Program-made: the position numbers and the translations under genes | The notes under the pieces: model-generated | The model's database searches: none | Seen by the model: only the letters and a program-made list of their open reading frames with translations | Told to the model about the DNA's origin: nothing | NCBI GenBank assembly: GCA_964187785.1 | Contig: OZ076409.1 | Span: 47,680,001 to 47,744,000 of the forward strand | Origin: Amphiscolops sp. MND2022 | Taxonomy: Eukaryota | DNA: 64,000 bases | Direction of reading: 5' to 3' | Shown: positions 25,821 through 37,264 of the stretch, piece by piece | Layout of the letters: every line of letters starts with the position of its first letter | Position numbering within the stretch: position 1 is the stretch's first letter

Positions 25821-26901
25821 TTTTTTATTTCTGCGGTAGCAGGAATATTATTGAAATCTCAAGGTGTCTACTTTTTTTCAGTACAATTCTTCTCGTGATA
25901 CTGAAAAATTCGGATATTTTGTTCAGCAGTGACTATAAGCGTGAGAATTAAATTTCTCAAGCTGCCGACGACAATTCAATTCTCGTGCGGTGGAATGAGC
26001 GAGTGGTAATTAATCATTCGTACGCTGACCTCATTGAGATGAAGCGAGCGAATGTTCGTAATTATGCTTTCGTATGCTTTTCGAGTTATTGAGATGGAGC
26101 GAATGAGTGTTATTATTCGTTAGTCGAGAGCTTCGCCTGCATTCAAATGCGAATGCGAAACTTCGTCTACGCTTAGTAGGTATATTTGCTTTAGTCCGAG
26201 ATTTAATGGCGGTATAAACTGGTAGAGTGATTAATTGTGCGCTAAATAATGGTTAAACAGGAGTGTATTGGTATTCCAGATATGATTCTATTATTAATGA
26301 AAGATTGAAACAGAAATAATAGTGTGCCCCGAAGGGGCCTATTTTTTAATATATCTGCTTTAGCAGGAATATTATTGTAACCTCAAACTCTCTACTTTTT
26401 TTCAGTACAATTTTTCGGACGATACTGAATAATTCAGATATTTTGTTCGGTAGTGACTGTAAGCGTGGGAAATAAATTTCTCAAGCTGGCGACAACAATT
26501 CAATTCTAGTGCGATGGAACGAGCGAGTGGTAATTATCCATTCGTATGCTGGCCTCATTGAGATGAAGCGAGCGAATGTTCGTAATTGTGCTTTCGTTGC
26601 CCCGAGTTATTGAGATGAAGCGAATGAGTGTTAATTATTCGTTCGTTGAGAGCTTCGCCTGCAATCAAATGCGAATGCGAAAGCGAAACTTCGTCTACGC
26701 TTGTTGTGTTATATTTTCTTTAGTCCGAGAAGAATTAAAGGCGGTGTAAACTTGTACAGTGATTACATGTAATTGTGCGCTAAATACTGATTAAACAAGA
26801 GTGTATTGGTATTCCAGATATGATTATTTTTTTGAAACAAAAAAATTCATTAAAAAAAGAAAGATTAAAGCAGAAATAGTACTGAGCCCCGGAGGGGCCC
26901 T
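25821..26901 (+). mobile_element. HINE-like family B, two tandem copies (about 25821-26343 and 26346-26901)
   Basis: Subterminal IR ATTTCTGCTTTA / TAAAGCAGAAAT; 3' hairpin GCCCC-G(G/A)A-GGGGC. Confidence 0.85.
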
Positions 26902-27476
26902 TTTTTTAGTCGGCGCATTTTCCTTTAAGGAAAAAAGCCCGACCATTACAGTGGCTAGTTTTTTTTTTCGTCAGACCACAGAGCTCATCGCGTGTGTATC
27001 TTTTTTTACAGAAACTGATAAGTTCACTCAGGCCAAGTTCGACCAATGCAAACTTACTGCAAAGGGTCCGTCCCCCTTTCGTTTTTTACCTTTTTTGCGT
27101 AACCTACAAAACCGGAAGACTCCAAAGGGTCCCCCTTTCAATTTTTTTTCGGCACTGCGATTTTTTTTTCGAAAATTTTTAAGGTCTCAAAAGAGTCCCC
27201 CTTTCGGGTTTTTTGATATTTTGCAACAGAAAGTATGGTAATGAATCCCAAAGGGTCCCCCTTTTCATTTTTCGGCACTATGCGAAGTTTTCGAATTTTT
27301 TTTTGTTTCCAGTCGGGAAAAGTGATTTTCCAGTCATATCGAGCATGAAAGGCACACTTTGGGTGTCTCGAAAGTGTTTTCAAAGCTTTTCATGAATACA
27401 TCCTGGGCATATTTAGAAAACTCTGCGCTTTTTGAGCCTTAGATATAGCGCCGACTTTAGACGTTCCCGTCTTGTT
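26901..27476 (+). mobile_element. HINE-like family A copy
   Basis: TTTTAGTCGGCGC ... GCGCCGACTTTAGACGTTCCCGTCTTGTT. Confidence 0.85.
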
Positions 27477-29871
27477 TTAAAATTACAGAGCTTTAAGCCT
27501 TACGATGACACTAAAGCCCTTCTGTGTTTTTTTGGCGCTAAACGACGTTTTCGAAAAAAATTGAATCAACAAAAGTCCTTTTTTGATTTTTTCAATGTTT
27601 TCCTGTAGAAAAACGCTTTTTTGAGTCTAAAATACACTTCAAGTATTCTTGGGCCCTGTGAGATTTTGAGGATTTTGAGAAATCTGTTCTTTAACTATTT
27701 GAAGCGCTTTGCGTTGTTGAGCCTTGAGCGAGTTTTTTAATTGAATTAAACATGGCCGTATTCGACAAAGTGGTATCCTGAGTTGGTAAATCAGATATTT
27801 TTTGAATTGTTTTCAAGACAAATTAAGCATTTGAGCAAGGAAGCTGGACAAGATGGCCAATTTTCTGAACTTGACCCAACTCGTTTTTAATAAACAATGC
27901 AAAACTACAGTTATTTCGTGACATCCAATACTCTTATTGATCGAAGCTGATGAGCATTAGTTAGAATAAGGATTACTAATAAAAAAATCAAAACAGCATT
28001 ATGATGATAATTTTTATCGGAGTTTCTCACACTCGAATTAAGGTAACTCAGAAATTAGACGCCGCCATTGAGCTATTTAGCAAATTTTCAGTCATGTAGG
28101 AATTTTTCAGCGTCTATATCAGCAATTCAAATTAGCGGCAACTAATAGAATATCCAAATTCTAACCGTCAGAGTATTCAAGGAGTCTTGAGATGAATTTC
28201 AAAGATATTTAATTCTCACCTTCGTAAATCCCGCATTTAAGAAAAATTAGTCTTCCAGAACTATCTTTCAATTTAATAGTTTGATGAACTACTATTTTCT
28301 GCGAAATAGCTGTTTCTTTTTGTCGAGTTTGGAATTTTTATACCCGTCAATTAGGAATAAATTCAGTTCGAATGGAATGCATCGATTTCAAAACCAGTTG
28401 AAAGATTCCACAAAAGGAAATTCTGTACCATTTTCAGCATCTTATCAATAATTCAGCATTTTCTAAATTGTGTTTACTTTTGTGGTATTCGTTTTCTGAA
28501 ATGCTCAAAAGAGAAAAGTACCAACCATTTCTTGACAGCGTCATATCAAATATTTCATCGGATTTATTTTCGCCCAGCTATCGAAATTGAGCCGACATAG
28601 CGATAGGAAGGCTGGGAATCTTGAGAATTTGTACACAGGCAGGCCTTATGTTTACTCTGCCTCACTAACGGGACGCATTGCATTAAGGAATTTTTTACGT
28701 TGCTCAATCAAAAAAGTTGGACTGGAAATTTTGGTTGTCATAACTTCCGAATTTTTTCACTTTCGTAAAAATTGAATAAAACCAATTGGCAATAGGTTTC
28801 AATGAGAGGTTAGCAGGTTAGAACGATAGTTTTTTCTGGATTTTTGACCAACGCTTGAGTGGCTAATTTCTTGTTGCACGAAATATCTTTTAAAGAATTC
28901 CAGAAATTTTTTAACGTATAATTGCTTTTTGATATTTTATTAGAATTAATTCGAGCTAATATTGCACCACGGGTACCTATTTTTGATAACCTATCAGGTT
29001 ATGTGACGTTAACGCAATATATACCTGTATGTCTGAAAATGCGGATTTTGTGTCATTAAATCGGTTTTTGGGTCGTTGGCAGATTTCGAAATGAGTTAAA
29101 TGATTCTCCAATATGATTTTGTTCAAATTGTTCTTCTTCAGCGACTTGTATCTAAAATGTATCCAAGACTAAAACCATTGACTAGAAACATCAACAAGGC
29201 TAAAATCCCCCCATTGAGGTTTTTCGACACTGTAACTTTTCGAAAGTTTTCATGTCATCAAAGGATCCCATTTCGGTTTTTCCACTGTTTTAACTTTGAT
29301 TTGGAAAAGTCGTTTAATGAGCCGAAAGGGGCCCCTCGGCCCCTCTTTGCGTTTTTCGGCACTGTGTGAGTTTTTACGGGATTTTTTCGAAAAACAGTTT
29401 TTCACCAAATTAGTATTTTTGGATGATTTCAGTCAGAGAAACGCGTTTTTCGATGCCACAGGGTGCGCCTTTGAATTTTTTGATGTGTGAAGTTTTTCAG
29501 AATATGCTTGAAATCACTCTGAGCATATTTGAAACTTTGCACCTTTTGAGCCGTAGGCAAGGCGCTGGACCAAAAACCGGGTTTGGGACGTTTTTGTCTT
29601 GTTATTTTCACATCAGTGTATTACCGTACTTTAAGTAGCAGACAATGTGTAATCCGTATATGATTTTGTATATATTATGGTACACCAATTTTAATTTGAA
29701 TGGATAGCACTGCAATCAAGTTGGATGCCAACTGGACGTAAGTAACCAATTGAAAACGACGTTAAACAACCATTTCAATTCCAAAAGTGAATCTAAGCAG
29801 ATTCCAAGTGACTAGAAAGGCTAACAATTTTTTCGCTAAGCCAATGAAAAGTTTAGTCGAATCTATCCCAA

Positions 29872-30242
29872 TTTTTAGTCGGCGCTTTTCTTAAGAAAAG
29901 AGTCGACTATAGTCATGGCTTTTCGTCAGTGTTTTTTTAAGACCAAAATAGACCTGAACTGACCAAAATAGTTCTACCAAAAGTTCTACAAAATTTAGAG
30001 AACACGCCAAAATGTACCTGATGGCCCAAGGAACTGAACCAAAAAGGTTTCCCGCGTAACATACGATACCGGACGAGACCAAAGGGTCCTCCCTTTCAGT
30101 TTTTTTCGGCATTGTGGGACTTTTTTCGAAAAAATTTTTTTCGTAGAAGTGTTCCCAATTCACCAATACTTGGAAATTTGAAGTCCTTTTGCTATTTTTG
30201 AGCCTTGGATATGGCGCCGACTTGGGCCGTTCCCGGCTTGTT
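29872..30242 (+). mobile_element. HINE-like family A copy
   Basis: TTTTTAGTCGGCGCTTTTCTTAAGAAAAGAGTCGACT ... GGCGCCGACTTGGGCCGTTCCCGGCTTGTT. Confidence 0.85.
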
Positions 30243-30971
30243 ATATTTCTGCGATAGCAGGAATATTATTGAAATCTGAAGATCTCTACTTTTTTTCAGT
30301 AAAATTCTTCGCATGATACTGAATAATTCAGATATTTTGTTCAGCAGTGACTGTAAGCGTGAGAATTAAATTTCTCAAGCTGTCGACGACAATTCAATTC
30401 TCGTGTGATGGAACGAGCGAGTGGTAATTATGCATTCGTACGCTGACGTCATTGAGATGGAGCAAATGAGTGTAAATTATTCGTTCTCGGAGAGCTTCGC
30501 CTGCATTCAAATGCGAATGTAAAACTTCGTCTACGCTTAGTTGTTATATTTGCTTTAGTCCGAGATATAAAGGCGGTATAAACTTGTACCGTGATTGATG
30601 ATTACGTACCAAATAACTTAAGAGCAAATAACATGAAAACAAAATTAGTTTCGAATAACATGAAAATAAAACCGAATACCCTGTTAAACAATCGATTTCA
30701 GAAAATTTTATCGGTAATTTGCACAATTTTTTCAGTGAATCTTTTGAATTGTGAATGCTTTTGACCACTAAAACTTTCTCGTAAACAATTTTATTTTTCT
30801 GTTTAGTGAAACTAATTTCAGTTTTATGTTATTTGCTCTTGTTATTTGGGAAATCACCTGATTAATTAAGCGCTAAATAATGATTAAACAGGAGTGTATT
30901 GGTATTCCAGGTATGATTCTATTTATAATAAAAGATTAAAGCAGAAACAGTGTGCCCCGGAGGGGCCTATT
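30243..30971 (+). mobile_element. HINE-like family B copy interrupted by a MITE
   Basis: Colinear with the other family B copies apart from 30597-30858. Confidence 0.85.
30597..30858. mobile_element. MITE nested in a family B element
   Basis: About 55-bp imperfect TIRs (CCAAATAAC..AAGAGCAAATAACAT); 5-bp duplication TGATT; empty site visible in sister copies. Confidence 0.75.
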
Positions 30972-32059
30972 TTAAATGAAAAGGGAATCACTTTAAATGA
31001 ATATTGGACAATGAGAACGAAAGTAGTTGTCGTTTATCACAGAAAACGAATTCGTCACTACTCAGGCTTTCGTGTTCGTTGTCTACTGAAAAATGATGTT
31101 CGCTGTGATTAATTCGTTCAAGTTGGAATTAACTTCATTTCAATTGAAAATGAATTGCCTCGTTTTCTTTCATTTGTAATAAGTGTTCACTTGGAATGAC
31201 GCCTTTTCACATAACGTGGAATTTTTAACCGGCAAAAAGACGATCAATTATTATGAGAAAAGTTGCTTCACTCAAAGTAAAACTGGTGTAGTATGGATTG
31301 GTTTCCTACATAGAATGAAAGCGTGACGCCCGAATCCGAGTTTTCCCAAGATCTGAGTCCGTTTTTGGGAATCAATTCTTCGTTTCCGATAGCAGCTTTG
31401 TGTTATATGTAATTCGTGTAATGTGTTTTTTTCAAACGGCAGAATTTTAGTTGGCGCTTTTTTCTAGCTGTCTTTGTAGTAGCTTGTTTCACAAGGAAAA
31501 AACGGAGGCTCAGTAGCCCAGTGGTTAGAGCCTTAACTCGAAAAGCTGAGGAATCGTGTTTGAATCCCTTTTAGCTACAAGGAAGTTTTGTAGTTTTCAA
31601 ATACTTTTTTGGGTTAAAATGTCCGAAAAGTTCCAAGATAGAGGAACTAGCTATTCAGGGTGCTCTTTTGGAGAGAAAAGCTTGGTTGAAAAAGTCTCTT
31701 AAACGGATCCCAAAATAATTGAAAGTCATCTAAACTTATCTGAAATTTGGAACAGTTTGCTAGTATTTTCGTGAGTTCAGTTCCCACAAAATTAGAGGAA
31801 CAAACCAGCGATCCTGGTTGCTTTTAAGAAGAGAAATGAGTTTAATTTAAAAAGTCTTAGTATGGTACCAAATTAGTCAAAAACTTCAAAACATTTCTAT
31901 TCATCTTCTTGCATTTTTTGTAAATTTTAAATTATTTTCATGGGTTGGATAGACCGAAAAGAGTCAATATGTCTGAATTAGCTATCCATGACCCTTTTTA
32001 AAAAATCGTATGGTTGAAAAAGTGCAAAATACTTGAATAATTCTAAATGTTTTTTGACA

Positions 32060-32760
32060 TTTTTAGTTGGCTCTTCTGGAAAAGTGCCCGACTCTTACAG
32101 TGGGTAGTTTTTTTATACGCGTAAGGTCCACTTTTTTGTTCATTTGTTTACTTGAACTACGCATGTCCAAAACATACTAGATGGGTCAGAACCTCGTCCA
32201 AAACAAAACCGACGTTCAGAACCTCGAAAACATACTAAGGAACATACTTTTTTTCGAAAGTTTTTTTTTATTGCAAAGGGTCCCCGTTCAATATTTTTGA
32301 TGTTTTGCAACAGAATGGATTTTCAAAAAGCCCAAAGGGTCTCCCCTTCTACACTTTTCGACATTGTGAGATTTTTCAATTTGATTATTTTTCGTTTTTT
32401 AAAGTTTCTCAGTGAACTAGTACTGTCGTTTTTCCGGCAATATGCGACTTTTTTCCAATTTGTTTTTATTGAAGCCCACTCGACTTTTACCAGCAGCGGA
32501 ACGGTTTGTGAACATAGAGGACTACTTAGGGTTTCCGGCACTATGCGACATTTTCCCAAAGGGAAAATCCAATTTTTTCAAAAGTTTTTGTTTCCAGTTG
32601 GGAAAAAAGTGGTTTCCGAGTCTTATCGAGCATGAGAGGCACCCTTTGGGTGTCTCGAAACTGTTCTCTGAGCTTTTCATAAAAATGCCCTGTGCATATT
32701 TCAAAAACTTTGCACTTTTTGAGCCTTAGATATAGCGCCGATTTTAGACGTTCCCGTCTT
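32060..32760 (+). mobile_element. HINE-like family A copy
   Basis: Degraded 5' end; 3' end GCGCCGATTTTAGACGTTCCCGTCTT. Confidence 0.78.
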
Positions 32761-32905
32761 TAAAAAAATATCGTAAAGTTTCCGGACGTTTTCAACTGAT
32801 GAAGAAATTTCAACAGAGAACCAGCTAGCTAACCCGTACACTGTAATAAACTGTGATCTAATGTTTCTTCATTGGATAGAAAAGGTACCCCAAAACTAGG
32901 AAGTC

Positions 32906-33386
32906 TTTTTAGTCGGCGCTTTTCTTAAGAAAAAAGCCCGACTATTACAGTCACTCGTTTTTTTTATTTAAGACAGACTCGAAGCGACGAACGTTAAAAT
33001 TAACGTTCAACTACTAAATACAGTACTAAACTACTGGACCGGTAAAGGCAAACGAGGAGCGCATTCATTTACTTTTTAAACGTTACCTACAAGCCCGGAC
33101 GGGACTAAAGGGTCCCCCCTTTCGATTTTTTTTCGGCACTGTGCGACTTTTTTTTCGAAATTTTTTTAAGGTCCCCAAAGGGTCCCCCCTTTGAGTTTTT
33201 TGTTATTTTGCTACAGAATGCGTGTTTATAAATCAAAAAGGGTCCCCCCTTCTACATTTTTCGGCACTGTGCGACATTTTCCGAAAGAAATTTTTTTTTC
33301 GAAAATTTCAAGTTTTTTTCCAAAAAAATGTTTCGCGCTTTTTGAGCCTTAGATATAGCGCCGACTTGAGACGTTCCCGTCTTGTT
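32906..33386 (+). mobile_element. HINE-like family A copy
   Basis: TTTTAGTCGGCGCTTTTCTTAAGAAAAAAGCCCGACT ... GCGCCGACTTGAGACGTTCCCGTCTTGTT. Confidence 0.85.
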
Positions 33387-34269
33387 TGCCTTTTAGGCAA
33401 TTCTTGTAATAATTTTTGATGTTACGAGATATTTAAACTTCCATAGATTCCAAAGACGAATCAAACGTCATCTGATTTGCTTTTAAGACGAGCAAATAAG
33501 AGTTTCAGGATTAAAAAGGCCTGAAATAACAAAAATGACACCGAAGATAAAGCTTTTCAATGTCACACTTTTCGCTCAGTTGAACAATTTTCTAGGGTTT
33601 GAAAATCCAGAGAGTTTCAAGTCAACGCAAACTTTTCATCATGCTTCTCAGTAAAATTTGATAATTGATGATTGTTCAAAAAGCAAATTATGCCTCCAAA
33701 AAATCGAAAACAAATTTTTTGAGATGTCGACTTTTTCAAGAAATTCCTGTACAAATTTTGAATTTTTTATGGTTATGAAACTCTTCATACTTCAGAAACA
33801 AAACATCCATTGCTTTAGGAGACTTTTTATAGAGGAATTGGTAGTTTGTTACTGAAAAACCTGTATGCACAAAAATTGCACAAATGCTTTATTAAAGTTT
33901 TTGACTATTCGATGCAATATTGCCAACTTCTGGACATTTTGGTAGGTATTCTTCTCAAAGGACCTGGTAGGTATTCTTTAGGACAGAATTGTAATTTGAG
34001 AAGCACCCTGAAAATGAAAAAAAGTTTTTTTGACAATTCAGTGGCAATTTTGATCAGTTTTTGAGAGCTTTCGTAGCTTACAAAATGGAGCAAAATGAAC
34101 GAAGAACAAAACAAACAACTATCATGTATGTTTTCAGAAGAGAAAGTAAACGCTTTTCATCAGAAAAGGTTGCAAAAGCCCACAAAAGCCACTTTTTCTT
34201 TTAACGTTTTAAGCCAATTATTCTTATAAAATACTAAATATACTTTTGTGTTTTCCAAGCAAGGCGTCA

Positions 34270-35230
34270 CATTAATTGAAAGGTGTAGAAATTTCCACGC
34301 TCGAGCGTTTTCGGGATCAGCGGACTTCTTGTTTTCAAATGAACCTATAGAAATAGCGTTTTTGGATTTAGAGTATTTATAGTGATATAATCCACATTTA
34401 ACTTCGGAAATGGCGCTTTTTGTTGTGCAGGATTCAAATCTAGCCAGCGCTAAATCTTTTCAAATTGAATTAAACTATTTGCAGTTTTTGATTTAACTAG
34501 GTTCTAGTCTCTTAGCAGCCTGAAGAGACTATTGACAGAAGCGAACGTGTGCTTACTGCGAACGAGTTCGCTGAGAGCTTTGCCTCCATTCAAATAAGCA
34601 TACATTCTTATTCTTCCAAAGTTATCACCGCTCACTGGTAGTTTTTGTGTATTCAAATAGCAAAGGTTATAGTCGAAAGTTTCGATACGGTCAGTTAAAA
34701 CTACAATTTTAACCTCATTGGGAATTATTTGTGTTTTAACCTCATTGGGAAATATTTTGTTCCCAGGTTTTTGGTTTGTTTGGAAGTGTTTAATGTCATT
34801 ATATTGTAATGAAGATTTTTTCAGCTTTCCCCATTTTTCATTTTCGACTGTTATTATCGAATCCATGACTAGCTGAAAATTGTCAATCTCTTCTAGAGCA
34901 CCTGCGGTTTGCATTTTTTGACACAACACACAATGAAAGGCTAAGACAAGAACATACTTTGCTTTTGTTTTGATTTATGCCAAAGCTGCTCGTTTTAAAG
35001 CTGTTTATATATTTCTGCTGGCACGTAACCTTTGTTAAGCCTTTGTTAGTGGTTTGAATTCGCTGAGGAAAACACATAATTCGACCTCTCTTTCAAATAT
35101 TTGGGCTACTTTACGCTTGAAAGGTTTGGTTGTCAGCAAGATTGATTTAACCAGCTCATTTCTGTGTCTTGAGCAAGACTCACCTTCACGTGGATATATA
35201 AACTTTAGGGTTTCGTTTTCTGGTACGTAT
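34270..35230 (-). pseudogene. Decayed intronless BTB-BACK-like gene
   Basis: One frame with scattered stops: ETFDYNLCYLNTQKLPVSGDNF (BTB-like), then LFRLLRD*NL...FEKI*RWLDLNPAQQKAPFPKL...TLNPKTLFL (BACK-like); by-eye match. Confidence 0.55.
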
Positions 35231-35687
35231 CAATAACAGTTCTTTAAACATAAGTCAGCTGTCGCTGTAACAGATGTCCATTTGAGAAAAACTTGAGATT
35301 ATAAAATTTTGCGAAAAAAAATGTATTTTTATTCTGTGTCATTATGATGTATAGCGTTTATGAACGAAATAAAAAGCGTTCATCTTTAATATTTTTGTGT
35401 CAGCTTGACGTTAGCTATTTCTGTAACGCGGATATCCAACTTTTTTAGACCAGATTGTCTTCACAAATTGCTCTCGTGCAGCTAGTCAAACTCTTATCAG
35501 GTAGGACTGACAGTTATTCTGACATAAAGCAAAAGAGTTTTCTTTATTCAAGTGACAAAGATTTTAGTCCAAAATTTGGATGCTTTCAGTGAAACTTATC
35601 AAGTTTTGCACTTCCGAAAAATGTAAACGTATTTTTTGGTTAATCTGTGAATTGCGAAAGGTCTTGATAATAAAATGATCGATGAAC

Positions 35688-35982
35688 TTTTTGCACATGA
35701 CGAAGTCAATGTGCATTGCAGTCCAGCTAAGAAAGTTTTTTTTTCCACAATAGCCAACTTCATAATAAGCGCCTTTTAGAGAAAAGCCAAAATCCCAGAG
35801 AGATTCGAACCTGCAGCCTCCCGATTGCGCGGCATAAGTGTTAACCACTGTGCCATAAGGACGTTATTGAATAAAGTTGAACTGTTGAATATATACGCAT
35901 GCGATTAAAATAATATATATACGCATATTAAAATAATCGTTGTCTTCGTCATGTGTTGCGAAGCACCGCTTCGCCTCTGTGT
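35688..35982 (+). mobile_element. HINE-like family C copy
   Basis: Same termini and interior as 16923-17277. Confidence 0.82.
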
Positions 35983-36886
35983 AAAAAATTATTTGGAAAT
36001 TTCCTGCGGTTGCAAAAATGTTATTGTGCCTTCAAAGCGGCCGAAGTTGGAACATTATATTAAAAGTAGATGGAAGATTATATATCAACCGAATTGAAGC
36101 GAGACAAAGTATAGTGTTTTATTCTGTTTTAGTTATTGTGGCTTTGGGGGGTTGGTATAGAGTAACGTAGAGTGCCCCTTTGCTGTTAATTTTTCTTGAT
36201 TTTTTTTCTGTCAAAGCAGTGAACAACGATGTCAAAACGATGATACTAAAATTGTCCCTTGTAACCCATGGTTTATCGTTATTCCCCAATTCGTACAAAG
36301 GATCCACAATTTCTAGAGTGATCATTGTTGTGGCTAGGTATGACCAGGGGTGTGAAATATTGTATTTAAATATATTTTTTTCAAAAAATGTATATTGTTT
36401 GATTCAATTTCAGCAATGAATATATTGTATTTATTGTCCTGCAATATTTTAGAAAAACAATAGATAGTGAACTATTTTATTGGGCAGGGAAACATTCATT
36501 TACAAGGCATACATCGCAATGTTGTTTATTTGTATAAAGAAAGACTACACTCTCGAAATTAATAGGAAGCGAAAAGCTTAGTGAATTTCTCCCTTAATAG
36601 TCTTTCACTTCTATAGTCCGTTTAAAATGCATATTAAATGAAATTTTATTTCTATTTTGCAATATTTTTTTGCGAATATATATTGGAGAGCTCTGACAAT
36701 GTTTGCCTTATTTCAATAAATATATGGTATTTTTGCTCCAACTAAATAAATTCATTAATTGTATTTAATTGCAATATATTGTAATACAATATAAATTTTT
36801 ACACTTCTGGGTATGACCTGCTGTATAATGGAAGGATAGTGGGTGGATACATTGCCATTGTTTGTAGTTGTTGTTGCAGATTCCAT

Positions 36887-37264
36887 ATGGGCAAGCAGAA
36901 CAGCAAGTTAAAGCCAGACGAATTGGCCTGCTTCCGAGCCCAGACGCAGTTTACAGACGAGGAGATCACTGAGTGGTATCGCGGCTTCCTCAAGGACTGC
37001 CCGAGTGGGCAACTCTCGGTGGATGAGTTCAAGAAGATATACGCAAACTTCTTTCCCTATGGAGACGCCAGCAAGTTCGCGGAGCACGTTTTTCGCACTT
37101 TCGACGTCAATGGAGATGGCAAAATTGACTTCAGAGAATTCATCTGTGCCTTGAGTGTGACCTCTAGAGGTCATCTGGACCAAAAACTTAGATGGGCATT
37201 CAGCATGTATGATCTGGACGGAAATGGATATATCTCCCACGACGAAATGCTTGAGATTGTCACT
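36887..37264 (+). CDS. NCALD: Neurocalcin coding exon 1
   Basis: 126 codons; acceptor ttgcag at 36874-36879, 7 nt before the ATG, implies an upstream exon. Confidence 0.93.

Noticed and set aside
26801..27395. ORFs rich in F/K/G/P here and in other family A copies
   Set aside because: Chance frames in non-coding repeats; not conserved between copies.
36839..36886. N-terminal extension of the neurocalcin ORF in the track ([13 protein letters not shown])
   Set aside because: GTG start within intron sequence before the acceptor at 36879; the conserved start is ATG 36887.
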